From positions 128,001-192,000 of the forward strand of contig CBDBOV010000001.1 of the NCBI GenBank assembly GCA_965208575.1: a stretch of 64,000 nucleotides of DNA, given 5' to 3'. Source of the DNA: Spirochaetia bacterium. GTDB taxonomy: Bacteria > Spirochaetota > Spirochaetia > SZUA-6 > Bin103. The translations under genes were made by a program, and so were the position numbers. Below the pieces are notes generated by a model. That model did no database searches, had not been told where the DNA came from, and saw only the letters and a program-made list of their open reading frames with translations. Positions 1-10,191 of this stretch are shown here, one piece after another; position 1 is the first letter of the stretch; every line of letters starts with the position of its first letter.

Positions 1-687
1 GTCCATGGTGACCGGCGACACGCCGGTGATGAACAGGCGGTCGATGCCGCCGCCGCTGCGCGCCGTGCCGCCCTTGAGGGCGGCGAAGAAGTTGCGGTAG
101 AAGCCGCCGCCGTGCGTGAAGTCCTCGTACGCCTGGGTGCCGTGGTGCGCCAGCACGGTGTTGGCGAAGTTGTCGTACTCGTCGATCAGCACGTACAGCG
201 GGATCTCATGGTCGCCCGCGTACCGGAACAGCATGCTCAGCTTGGTGGCGATGGAGGGCGGCGCAAGGATACGCTGCCGCGCCACTTCGGGAAACAGGTC
301 GGGATGCCGCTCCAGCGCTCCCCGGAGCTCTATCATGCAGTAGGTTTCGAACTCCCGCTCCAGGGTTTCGAGCTTGTCGTTGACCATCGAGAAGTCGAAG
401 CGCAGCACGACGTAGCGGTGGCGCTCCGCGGTCGGGTTGCGTCCGATGTCGGTGCCGGCGAAGGTGGCGTCGAATTCGTGGCCCCACCAGCGGTCGTAGT
501 AGTTCTCCAGCACCGACACCCACAGCGACTTGCCGAACCGCCGCGGGCGGATCAGGAAGACGTAGTCCTCCCGTTCCAGACGCCGCAGGAAGCGGGTCTT
601 GTCGACGTACAGCCAGCGGTTCAGGCGGATGCGCCGGAAGTCGGACTGGCCGTAGGGAATGCGCGGGTGTATCGGAACCACGTCCAC
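1..687 (-). CDS. AAA-ATPase-like protein (AAA-ATPase_like / PD-(D/E)XK family), 3' end runs off the window
   Basis: Reverse-strand translation RIPYGQSDFRRIRLNRWLYVDKTRFL...LIRPRRFGKSLW (Walker A) ...LFITGVSPVTMD; GTG start at 687 or 681; not in the ORF track because it is open at the window edge. Confidence 0.85.
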   Translation of the reverse strand, partial: MDVVPIHPRIPYGQSDFRRIRLNRWLYVDKTRFLRRLEREDYVFLIRPRRFGKSLWVSVLENYYDRWWGHEFDATFAGTDIGRNPTAERHRYVVLRFDFSMVNDKLETLEREFETYCMIELRGALERHPDLFPEVARQRILAPPSIATKLSMLFRYAGDHEIPLYVLIDEYDNFANTVLAHHGTQAYEDFTHGGGFYRNFFAALKGGTARSGGGIDRLFITGVSPVTMD

Positions 688-841
688 TGCCGGAACCCTG
701 CGCCGGTCACTCTATCGCGGTCGGCGCAGGCGCTCAACGGCTCGGTCGTTAGCACCGCGTTAGCACCGCGCTTGCACGCAGTACCCCAACAAGGAGGTCA
801 GGCTTGTTCACCCTCGCGCCGGTTTACCACGCGGCGACCAG

Positions 842-896
842 CCGGGAAGGGGGCCTATTCAACGCCGACCCGGGGCACTCTGCTTGCCGATTCACA
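842..896. repeat. IS21-like terminal repeat remnant (related copies at 1430-1480 and 23905-23960)
   Basis: ccgggaagggggcct(a/c)ttcaa(c/t)gccgacc..cactct..tgccg(a/g)ttca, three related copies; the reverse complement shows tandem tcggc-N-cccc units, and the 842 copy ends in CA, as at IS21 ends. Confidence 0.45.
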
Positions 897-938
897 CTCC
901 CTCGCGCCAGCGGGCCGGTTGCAGTATGCTCGTCCCCA

Positions 939-1312
939 ATGCCGGACGGAGTTACCGTGCTGCTCGGCGCGGTGGGAGCGGTGGCCGCGATGCTGGCCGT
1001 ACTGGTGCCGGTGATTCGTGGGCAGGGGGCAGCCCTGCGCCGTGAGATCGAAGGGCAAGGGACGAGTCTGCGTCGCGCGATCGAGGAGCGGGGAAGAACC
1101 TGCGTCGCGCGATCAAGGAGCAAGGGACGAGTCTGCGTCGCGAGATCGACACGCTCCGAGCCGACGTGGCCGAAGTGCGTCGCGACCTTCACGTACTGAG
1201 CGACCGCGTGGCGCGCATCGAGGGCGCGTTGACCGGTCCCTGGCGACCGCCGACGAACGGTGGCACGTCGAATCCCGTGGAGCCCCCGGCGCCCGCCAGC
1301 GAAGTCCCATAA
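939..1312 (+). pseudogene. Small N-terminal TM + coiled-coil protein, 4 units of the 33-bp repeat, 1-nt frameshift
   Basis: MPDGVTVLLGAVGAVAAMLAVLVPVIRGQG...; paralog of 25883 and 31244; the third repeat unit is 32 nt. Confidence 0.75.
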
Positions 1313-1532
1313 CATGCCCGCTCGCCCGGCCCCCGCTATCGGAGGAAGCCGAGTCAGTTCCCCAGTCAAGCGAACCAGGTTGAGCCGAGCGCCACGGCCA
1401 GCCGAATTCTAAGGCTACCGTCGATCTCACCGGGAAAGGGGTTCTCTCAACGGCGACCTGGGGTCACCTTGTCTGCCGATGGCGTTGCTGGAGGAGCAGA
1501 AGGATGACCAAACCCACGACGCTGCTGGCCCT

Positions 1533-2471
1533 TCATTGGCGCAAGCACCTCAGCGCGCGGAGTGCGCGGAGCGTGATCCATCGGTTCGGTTCTCCGGGAG
1601 CACCGGCGATCTCATCGTAGAGGGTGTCCTTGTGCCGCACGTCCAGGCGCCAGCGTCCATCGGGAAGCTCACGGCTTTCAACTGTCTCGATGGCTTCCGC
1701 CAGGCGCGGATCGTCCTTGAAGCCTGCAGTCACCGCGTATTCAAGGCCCCGCAGGACATCGTAGTGCCACAATGGAGGAAAGGCGAGGCGCCTCCAACCT
1801 TCGTCGATGACACCACCCGTGGAGAGCCGCCGGAGGAGGTGCCGCTCTAGCAGATACTCGCCCCCACGCTCGCGGGCTTCCGTGATGGCCGGGTCTTCCC
1901 CGAAGGACTGCTCGTGTGCGAGCAAGCCCTCCAAGACGCAGATCGTCGTATGGAATGAGGAACGCACGGAGCCGCGAAGCGCCTCACAGTTCCACCCACC
2001 ATCCCCGAGCTGCTCGCTCAGCAGAAGGTCCACCAATCGGAGGCTCGGCTTCCCAAAGTAGGCGCCGAGCGCCACGACGCGCCCGTTGATGCAGGGCTCT
2101 TCCTCCCCCTCGAAGAACGGAGAGTCTCGGTGCCACGGGCCCCAGGTCACGCTTGAGTGCACCAGCTCGATCGCGTGTCGAGTGCGATCGCTTTCAGGAT
2201 CCACGCCAAGATCACGCAGGTAGAGGAGGGTGTACAGGTTCGTCCACCAGAACGGGTGCGCTTCTCCATCGCCCCACTGCCCGTCCGGGCGCTGCTCATC
2301 GAGCAGTCGTCGGCCCCATCCCTCATCTGCCACGCGGGCACGCTCGGCGGCGACGTTATCGACATCGACTATATCTTGGAGGACTTGCCAGCGGATGGAG
2401 GGGTCTGAGTCAAGAAGCCAATCCAGCACCGAGGCGGGGGGCCACGCCGTAGCGTCTGTGTCGCGCACCAT
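1533..2471 (-). CDS. Prenyltransferase/squalene-cyclase-fold protein
   Basis: WLLDSDPSIRWQV, EQRPDGQW and EQLGDGGWNC (QW-type repeats); GAGGAG RBS before the ATG at 2471. Confidence 0.7.
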   Translation of the reverse strand: MVRDTDATAWPPASVLDWLLDSDPSIRWQVLQDIVDVDNVAAERARVADEGWGRRLLDEQRPDGQWGDGEAHPFWWTNLYTLLYLRDLGVDPESDRTRHAIELVHSSVTWGPWHRDSPFFEGEEEPCINGRVVALGAYFGKPSLRLVDLLLSEQLGDGGWNCEALRGSVRSSFHTTICVLEGLLAHEQSFGEDPAITEARERGGEYLLERHLLRRLSTGGVIDEGWRRLAFPPLWHYDVLRGLEYAVTAGFKDDPRLAEAIETVESRELPDGRWRLDVRHKDTLYDEIAGAPGEPNRWITLRALRALRCLRQ

Positions 2472-2695
2472 GGTCTCGCCCTCCTCTAGTACCTCTGGCC
2501 TAACACGATTGTCAATTCGCATGACGCCGTTTGTCGATTCCCGTCATCAGGCTCGTAATCGATCTGCCCGGTTGCTTGCCAACGGCCCTCAAGGCCATGT
2601 GCTACGGGTCGTGAACGCGTTCCCAGCGAGAGAGCGTCGAGACGGGTTCCTGTGGTGGTGGACGGCGGGGACCGGGAAGCCTTCCGCCGCGCCAG

Positions 2696-2816
2696 ACCGC
2701 TCTGCCGACCCATAGCCGTCCGCCATCTACCGCTTCGGTAGTCCGGGAGACTACCAACCCAAACCGGAAATAGACGCTTTCCACCGTTGAGCATTCGCTG
2801 GGCTCTCTCGCATGGT
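2696..2816 (+). promoter_or_regulatory. Conserved upstream element, copy A (CTACC-N5-GGTAG ... AAATAGAC..CCGTTG)
   Basis: Near-identical to 10055-10176; palindrome at 2727-2741; lies upstream of CDS 3005. Confidence 0.6.
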
Positions 2817-3004
2817 TGTCAAGGAAGGGAAATGGGAAGTGGCTATTGCAATTCCGTCCAGCTACGTGGTGGGCAGGTAATACGACCGGAAGTTGTGAGG
2901 TCGTAAGAGAGCGCTACCGGTGGTTAGAGCCGCACTGACCGGGTTGATTTACGGCCAATTCTGGGCCAGGGACTCAGATGGAGCATTCTGGGAGGTCAGT
3001 ACAG

Positions 3005-4126
3005 ATGATTGACCGTGTTGAGCGGCTCGCACGCATCGTGGCTCTGGCTGGCGGGCTGGTCGTGGTCGCCGTGGCTGCCAACGGTCAGAATCCGCCCTTC
3101 AAGGGCGCGGTTTACATCAGCCCGAATATACTGACCAAGGACGACCCGACCGCATTCCGTCAAGCAACCTACAGGAGCACCGGCGGCCGGCAGGTGTTCG
3201 ATCGCCGCATTGGCAAGGTTCAATTCGCAAGAGCTCACGTGTTCGTCGCGTCGTACATCGACGGGACCGAAATCGAAATGATCGTCAACGCGGAGTTTGG
3301 AAGCAGAGAGGCGGCTGAGCCTTATGCGGTCAAGTACGCGACGGTGATAGGACGGCTACCGACGTTCATGAGACGTGGGATCGATGAAGTATGGATTCAC
3401 GATGGTGACTTCCCGGCCTCGGGCGATACGGGCAACATCGCGATCCACGTACAGTTCACGGAGGTAGACGAAGAGATGGGGTACATGGAGGAAGTGATGA
3501 TGCACGAAGCGGTCCATGCCTCTCTCGACGCCGATCACACGGCTGCAAGGGGCTGGCGCGACGCGCAGAGTGCCGATGGTCGGTACCTTACGGAATACGC
3601 TCAGGAGTTCCCTGATACCGAAGACTTTGCAGAGACCCTGCCGCTGTATGTGGCCGTCGAGCACCTTCCGGGCCGGCTGTCGGCAACAATTGAGCGACAG
3701 ATACGACGCACTATCCCCAACCGCATCGCGTACTTCGACGAGCAAGGATTCGACGAGTGGTGCCCCATAATCCCCGAGGACTGCGGGCCTGGCACGGAGA
3801 CCAGGCGCCAAGTCGCGGATCTTGGTGATGCACGGTTGGAACTGGACCGGCTCGACCCTGATCGGCTTCCGCGTCTGAAATCGCCTGGAAGCGGAGCCGA
3901 ATCTGCCATTGTGTTCGTGAATCGCACCAAGTCGGACATTCTCTACTACTGGATCGACTTCGAAGGCAACGCGGCGTACTACGGGAGTGTTGCTCCGGGT
4001 GGCGAGGCAACTCAGCACACTTTCGACGGCCACCTCTGGGTCGCAAAGGACGCGAACGGAACCAGCCTCGCGGTATTCCGCGCCGGTGAAACGCCGGGAC
4101 GGGCGCTCGTCACGGAAACGCCATAG
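3005..4126 (+). CDS. Secreted zinc metallopeptidase-like protein with C-terminal VHL-beta-like domain
   Basis: Signal peptide, HEAVH motif, EDFAE; C-terminus IVFVNRT..ILYYWIDFEG..YG.VAPG....QHTFDGHLW resembles the VHL beta domain. Confidence 0.7.
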   Translation: MIDRVERLARIVALAGGLVVVAVAANGQNPPFKGAVYISPNILTKDDPTAFRQATYRSTGGRQVFDRRIGKVQFARAHVFVASYIDGTEIEMIVNAEFGSREAAEPYAVKYATVIGRLPTFMRRGIDEVWIHDGDFPASGDTGNIAIHVQFTEVDEEMGYMEEVMMHEAVHASLDADHTAARGWRDAQSADGRYLTEYAQEFPDTEDFAETLPLYVAVEHLPGRLSATIERQIRRTIPNRIAYFDEQGFDEWCPIIPEDCGPGTETRRQVADLGDARLELDRLDPDRLPRLKSPGSGAESAIVFVNRTKSDILYYWIDFEGNAAYYGSVAPGGEATQHTFDGHLWVAKDANGTSLAVFRAGETPGRALVTETP

Positions 4127-4189
4127 CAGCCTTGTTCTCGATCTTCCAATTCGCCCCGCGGCGCGCACCAGTTGCAAGTGTGGACCAGA

Positions 4190-4667
4190 CGCGCACGGCA
4201 TCCTTCCGCCCGCTGCGGACGCGGCGGAGACCGAGTCGGCGATGCGGCTGCATCCGCTTATCAAGGACCGGTGCGAGAAACAGCGGTTCGAGGAAGACCC
4301 GGAGCGCTTTCGGGCCATCCACCGCGGCATCTGCGTTGCGCTCGCGCGCCGCGGTCAGGTCGTTGCGGCGTTGCGCCACGCCGTGGAGGCCAACGATGCG
4401 GACTTGCTCGGTCCGATAGCGGAGGGTCAAGGCGGAGTCAGGCTTTGGATGGAGCAGGGCCTGGAGGCGCTGCGCACGGTCGACAACCTGCTGAGCGAGC
4501 CGATCCGCGCGAGCTACCCTCGGCTGGCACTGGTGCGTTGCATCGTCCTGACCGCGTTGGCCGCGCGCGGGCCCGGTGTACAGATCGAACGGCTGTTCGA
4601 GAGCCTCATGCGCTACTATCCGATCGGATCCTTCCTGTTCTGGCGAGTCGGACGTTCAATGTTTTGA
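4190..4667 (+). pseudogene. Chimeric remnant: LuxR 3' end + internal copy of LuxR gene + DUF262-like fragment
   Basis: 4230-4558 is nearly identical to 8254-8581; 4190-4238 resembles 9980-10030; QIERLFESLMRYYPIGSFLFW is DUF262-like. Confidence 0.75.
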
Positions 4668-5036
4668 ACCGAGAGACCGCACGCTGCGCATCTTGTCGGA
4701 GCGTGCCAAGTAGGTTCTGGACAAGCCCCTATCCATTTGTTCAGTGCATCCAAACTGCAAAGGACATGCTGGGGACCTCCTGCACTGTCTCTTGTACGAG
4801 ATCGGCGAACGGGACGACGAGACTTGGACGTGAGCGTATGATGAAAGCCCGCCCGGTCCTCGCTCTCGCCCTCGCCGGCGATCTTGTTTCTAGTGTTCGA
4901 CATGAGTCCTCCTGCGCGCCCACCATAGCCGCTGCAAGGCCCTGATTTCAAATGAGGCCACTACCGAAACCGGAGACAATCAGGATGAGAATCGATGTCG
5001 CAACGACACCGAGGGTACCATAAAGCGGTGAGTCCC

Positions 5037-5414
5037 TTAGAGCAAACTAGAGATGATGATGGTCGCAAACAACAAACCGAGCGCCATCGAGATGCACATT
5101 GCAATACCGAAGAAGCGTACCCATTTCCTGATCTCGTCTGTGTCTGTAGCTATTTCAACCAGTAACTCAGAGTCGGCCAGTGCCTTGTATCGGTCAACTC
5201 TCCGCTCTCTCACAGGCTCAGGCTCAATCTCAGGCTCAGAAGGCTTGTTACCGCTCGCCTCGATAGCAGCCTCGACACGATCCTCCACATCATCATCATC
5301 CGACGAAGGGTCACTGATCCGTTTTACTTCACGTCTCCGTTCGATTCTCCTTGCGATTAGCCTCATCACGACGAACGCCACCACCAGGATCAGGACAGCT
5401 ACGAAAATTGTCAT
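5037..5414 (-). CDS. Hypothetical membrane protein (2 TM)
   Basis: 125-aa ORF with hydrophobic ends and an acidic linker. Confidence 0.65.
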   Translation of the reverse strand: MTIFVAVLILVVAFVVMRLIARRIERRREVKRISDPSSDDDDVEDRVEAAIEASGNKPSEPEIEPEPVRERRVDRYKALADSELLVEIATDTDEIRKWVRFFGIAMCISMALGLLFATIIISSLL

Positions 5415-5467
5415 AACCAGCCATCATAACAGCAGCACACACACTGTCAACCGAGCGCCTCGCCGAC

Positions 5468-5555
5468 AGCAATTCTCGGTGAACGGCGGTTGACGGCCTG
5501 AGGCGGATGTTTGGGGGCCGGCACGGTAAGGACGTGAGGAGAGCACGTCGGTAGA
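5468..5555. repeat. Dispersed repeat (second copy ~45855-45942)
   Basis: cagcaattctcggtga.cggcggttgacggcctgaggcggatgtttgggggccggcacgg; at 45.9 kb it is a gene 3' end plus downstream DNA. Confidence 0.8.
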
Positions 5556-5689
5556 GCGTGTGGTTCCGGAAACTCTGCCGGGCGATTTCCGGAGATCTGG
5601 CCGGTTGGTTGACGACATCGCGAGCGTGTTAGGCGGGAAGATCAAAATGCCGGGTGCAATGAATGGCCGTCGAGCAGCGGCAGGCGATC

Positions 5690-5847
5690 TAGCGCAGCGC
5701 CAGTATCTCGCCCCGCCGCATCCCGGACTACATCGCAACCCGGAAGATCGAGCGGGTCGCCGGAATCCTTCACCGCCGCCTTGATGCCGCGGTGCCAGTT
5801 AGGGCAGCGCTCCTGCGGGCGACGAGATCACCCGCCGCACGATCGGG
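5690..5847 (-). pseudogene. Integrase fragment F1
   Basis: Degenerate match to ~52300-52455 (GMRRGEI region). Confidence 0.85.
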
Positions 5848-5859
5848 ATGAGCGGTGAG

Positions 5860-6738
5860 CTAATCGATCTCGATCAGAATCCGACAGTGATCGCTCGGTC
5901 CCCATTCGTGAATCCCATTCAGGGCACGCGCCCTAACCCTCTTGTGAAACCCACGGGACGCGAATACGTAGTCGAGTTGGCGTGTGGCCGTTTCGGGGCT
6001 CTCCGCCGTCGTATGATACGTAGGTACATTCCTCGAGTCTGGAGGTTCGCAGAATGCCGTCGGTGCACAGTAAGCCATCCTACCTGCCGGGTATTGGGGA
6101 CCGACCAATTCCAGCCCGATGGCCTTCATCCTGTCGAATACTCCGTTGCATCGTTCATCCAAAGCTTGTGGGTCGTGGTCCGATGCTCGGTAGATCATGT
6201 TGAGATCACCGGCGACCAGTAGTCGGTGGGACGAGGGATCGACATCCCCGATGAACGCCGAAAGATCCGATATGATCCGGTGAGCTGACCCATCCGGATA
6301 ACCCACCTTCCATTTGCTTCGAGTAGTGGGGTGGGGCTTGAACCATCGTGCATACATGGACACGACGATGAAGGGCTCACCATTCGGGGGGATCACACGT
6401 GCCGCAGCTATCGTGCTGATACCGCTAACGGCGATCTCGTCACAGTTTACTCTTGAGACCGGACCTACTTGCTTGAACCACTCGACGCTCACCCCGCTGG
6501 CCTTGTGCTTCACGACCATCGTCCGCAGGTCTACCAGATTGGGAAACTTCCCACACCACCAGCAGGAATTCCATTTGGACGCGTCCCAGTGTTCTTTCGG
6601 ACCGGTTTCTATATCACCTAGCACCTCGTCTGGCACACTGCATCCTTCCTGGATGAGCGCAACGTCGACGTTCATGTCGCCGAGGCAGCACCATGATTTC
6701 TTGATGTGATTCATGTTCCAACACACTATCCGTACCAT
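5860..6738 (-). CDS. Endonuclease/exonuclease/phosphatase family protein
   Basis: RIVCWN, DVALIQE, VAGDLN, LDYVFAS and GPSDHC motifs. Confidence 0.9.
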   Translation of the reverse strand: MVRIVCWNMNHIKKSWCCLGDMNVDVALIQEGCSVPDEVLGDIETGPKEHWDASKWNSCWWCGKFPNLVDLRTMVVKHKASGVSVEWFKQVGPVSRVNCDEIAVSGISTIAAARVIPPNGEPFIVVSMYARWFKPHPTTRSKWKVGYPDGSAHRIISDLSAFIGDVDPSSHRLLVAGDLNMIYRASDHDPQALDERCNGVFDRMKAIGLELVGPQYPAGRMAYCAPTAFCEPPDSRNVPTYHTTAESPETATRQLDYVFASRGFHKRVRARALNGIHEWGPSDHCRILIEID

Positions 6739-6948
6739 TTCCGAACCTCTACCAGATGGTGGCGGGAAATGCGACCGTCACGGTTGTGGTGCCCGAAAGC
6801 AACGGAGTAGCCGTGTTCTATCGAGAACTTGCACCGCACGGCAGCATCCTTGTAAGCGCAACGAGCGCAACGCGTTAGCCGGTCCGTTCGAAGAACATGC
6901 CGTGATACCCACATGGCCTGCCGAGCAATCCTGTGAGGAACCCAAGGG

Positions 6949-7020
6949 ATGTTCAACGGTGGAGAGTGTTTATTTCCGGTCTTGGTTGGCAGTGTCCAAG
7001 ACTACCGACGTGGTAGATAT
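6949..7020 (-). promoter_or_regulatory. Conserved upstream element, copy C
   Basis: Reverse complement atctaccacgtcggtagtc...accggaaataaacactctccaccgttgaacat; faces CDS 6738. Confidence 0.6.
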
Positions 7021-7219
7021 TGGAACGCTGCAAACACCGCCATCGGCGTGCAGGCAGCACGCACTGTGCTCGCGCCGGCCCCGTCCGCTCCGAACCGCAC
7101 CGCGGGCCGATAGCGTCAACCCCCGAACAGGGTAGGGTGGGATTCTGTCTCCCGTGTCCCGACTCTGGCGCGCCTTGAATCGCTTGTCAGGTCAAGATAG
7201 CGTGTTGTGTGCCAGAGCG

Positions 7220-10056
7220 ATGACAGACGACGGAGAGCGGGGGCGAGCGGCGCGCGAGGGCGCCGCGGAACGGGACATGCTTGGAGGTGTGGAGTCGGCG
7301 CCGCTGGAGGCGCCGTGGCTGCTGCGTTATCGGGTGGAGCTGCCGGATCCGATCGAGGGTCATGTCCGGCGTCCAGCCGTGGAGGAACGGTGCGCTCTCC
7401 TGGACCGCCGCCTGACGGTGCTGCACGCCCCCGGGGCTTCGGCAAGACGGCTCTGCTCGGCGAGCGTTGCCGCGCGCTGCGCGCACGAGGCGTGGCGGTC
7501 GCCTGGCTCTCGCTCGACGAGGAGGACGGACCGGGAGCGGTGGCGGCCTACCTCGCCCTGGCATTCGAGCAGGCCGGCCTGGCGACTGTCGGCACCGCGG
7601 GTGAACCGGGAAGGTCAATCGAAGCCAAAGGCGCGGGGCGTGACCAAGCGGCGGCCAGTCAGACCGAGTACCGCCTCAGCCTGCTGATCCGCGCGTTGGA
7701 GCGGCGAAGCGAGCCGTGCGTGCTGGCGCTCGACGAGTTGGAGAGGCTGTGCAACCCCGATGCAGTCGCGGTGATCAACTCGTTGCTCCGGCGTGCGCCG
7801 CGCACCCTGCACGTTGGTATGGCGTTCCGGGAACGGCCACCGGGGCTGGACATTGCGATGTTCGCGCTCGAAGGGCGGGCAGCGACGGTGACCGTAGACG
7901 ACCTGCGATTCTCGGCGCAAGACGTGTCTCGATTCTTCGACCGGCGGCTGTCGCGCCGCGAGTTGGCCGCCGTGGTGGCCGGCTCGGCAGGCTGGCCGAT
8001 CGCGCTGCGCATGTACCGCAACGCCGGACCGAAAGGGCTGGCGAGCGCCGCGGGTGACGACGACGCGGTGGCCGGATGGATTGAAACGCGGCTGTGGCGT
8101 GGCATATCGGCGGAGGACCGCGACTTCGTGCTCGACATCGCGCTGTTCGACGGTCTCGACCCCGATCTGATCGACGAGGTGACAGGGGCGGGCAATTCGG
8201 CCCGGCGGCTGGCCTCGCTGGGAGCGCTGGCCGGGCTGTGGTCCACCACTCGCACCGAATCGGCGATGCGGCTGCATCCGCTTATCAAGGACCGGTGCGA
8301 GAAACAGCGGTTCGAGGAAGACCCGGAGCGCTTTCGGGCCATCCACCGCGGCATCTGCGTCGCGCTCGCGCGCCGCGGTCAGGTCGTTGCGGCGTTGCGC
8401 CACGCCGTAGAGGCCAACGATGCGGACTTGCTCGGTCCGATCGCGGAGGGTCAAGGCGGAGTCAGGCTTTGGATGGAGCAGGGCCTGGAGGCGCTGCGCA
8501 CGGTCGACAACCTGCTGAGCGAGCCGATCCGCGCGAGCTACCCTCGACTGGCACTGGTGCGTTGCATCGTCCTGACCGCGTCCGGCGACATCCGCGGCGC
8601 ACTACGGGTCTACGAAGCCACGGCCTCGGCAACCGACGGCTTCACGCACGATCGCAAGGGTGGCGACGACCGGGCGTTGCAGATTGAACACCACTTCGTC
8701 CTGGGCCAGCAGTACATGTGCGGCTGCAAACCGTTCGCGGACGGGATCCTTCCGCTTGCCCTCGCGAAGGGGGTGGCGGAAGCCCCCGACACTGACCCGT
8801 GGCTGCGCGCGTTCTTCTGCCTGGGGATGTGCATCGCGTCCAACCAGTTGACGGCGTTCGACGAGTCCGTCGAGTGGGCGGAGCGCGCGCGGGCGATGTT
8901 TGGGCGCGGCTCGCCATACTTGGCTCACGTCGACTTCCAGGCGGGGTCGGTGGCCATGGCGACGGGGCGCCCGCAGGAGGCCCGTTCCTGCTACGAGCGT
9001 GCGCTGAAGGTCGCGCGGGCGAGCCACCTGCGCGATGCGGGCGCGGTATTGATCGGTGACGTGCTGGCGGCGGAGTTGGCGCTGGAACGCTCGGCCGGTA
9101 TGCCCCCCGAAGGCACGCGAGTTTCCCCACGGCTGCTCGGGGAGTGCAGCGCATGGCTCGACATCTACACGGCGAGCATCTGGGTGGAGGTAGAGCGTGA
9201 GTTGGTGCGTGGCGGTCCGGAGGTGGCGCTGCGGCTGGTCGAGGACGCACTCGAATACGCGCGTCATACCGAGCGACCGCTGCTGGCACGCTGGCTTACG
9301 GCGCTACGGGTCTCCGTGCTGCTTGCCGGCGACATGGTAGAAGCGGCGAGCCGTGCGTGGCGGTACGATCGGCTGCCGGATACGGCCGCCGCCTGTACGG
9401 ATCTGCACAGCCAGAGCTGGCGGGAGGTGGAGATGCTCGCCTGTACCCGGATGCGCCTGTCGATCGCGCTCGGCGACTTCGACGCCGCCCGCGAGATTGG
9501 CGGCACGCTGGATGCCGTCACCGCGGAGCGCGGGCTGGTACGGACGCGGATGCGCGGGCTGGCGCTGGCGCTGGCGCTGGAGCACCGGGCCGGCAACGGA
9601 AAGCGCGCGCGGGCGCACCTGGCGGGGTTCTTGCAACTGTTTGCCGAGGCGGACTACGCGTGGCCGCTTGCGCGCGAGCGGACGGTCGCCCGTGCGCTGC
9701 TCGACGATGCCGTGGACAGCTTCAAGGCTGCCCCCGCCCTGGCGGAAGCAGCCGCCGTGCTGCGGGCGGCCGTGGATGACAGCGCCGTCGCAGGTGTGGA
9801 CCAGGTGCACCGGATCCTCACTCAGCGCGAATTCGACGTGTTGGAGCGACTCGAACGTTACCGCGACAAGGAGATCGCCTGGGACCTGAAGTTGTCCTAC
9901 GACGGCGTACGTTTTCGCGTGCGCAGCATCTTCGCCAAGCTCGGCGCGCGCGGACGGCTCGACGCCGTACACCGGGCCCGCGCGCGCGGCATCCTGCCTC
10001 CCGCCGACGACGCGGCGGAGGCAGAGTCGTCGCCGCACCATGTGCCGACTTGGTGA
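7220..10056 (+). CDS. MalT-like large ATP-binding LuxR-family regulator, 1-nt frameshift near 7430
   Basis: LHAPG/GFGKT Walker A is split between the frames of ORFs 7154 and 7207; LALDE Walker B, SAGWPIAL, RLHPL, C-terminal LuxR HTH (LTQREFDVL..KEIA..L..S...V..IFAKLG). Confidence 0.85.
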
Positions 10057-10176
10057 CCGCTCTGCCGGCCTATAACCGTCCGCCATCTACCGCTCCGGTA
10101 GTCCGGGGTACTACCGTCCCAGACCGGGAATAAACGCTTTCCACCGTTGCACATTTGCTGGGCTCTCTCGCATGGT
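10055..10176 (+). promoter_or_regulatory. Conserved upstream element, copy B
   Basis: Palindrome CTACC gctcc GGTAG at 10087-10101, directly between the LuxR stop and the lipoprotein start. Confidence 0.6.
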
Positions 10177-10191
10177 GGAGAGGTCGGTCCC

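Noticed and set aside
112-1014. 300-aa plus-strand ORF
   Set aside because: Antisense shadow of the AAA-ATPase-like gene
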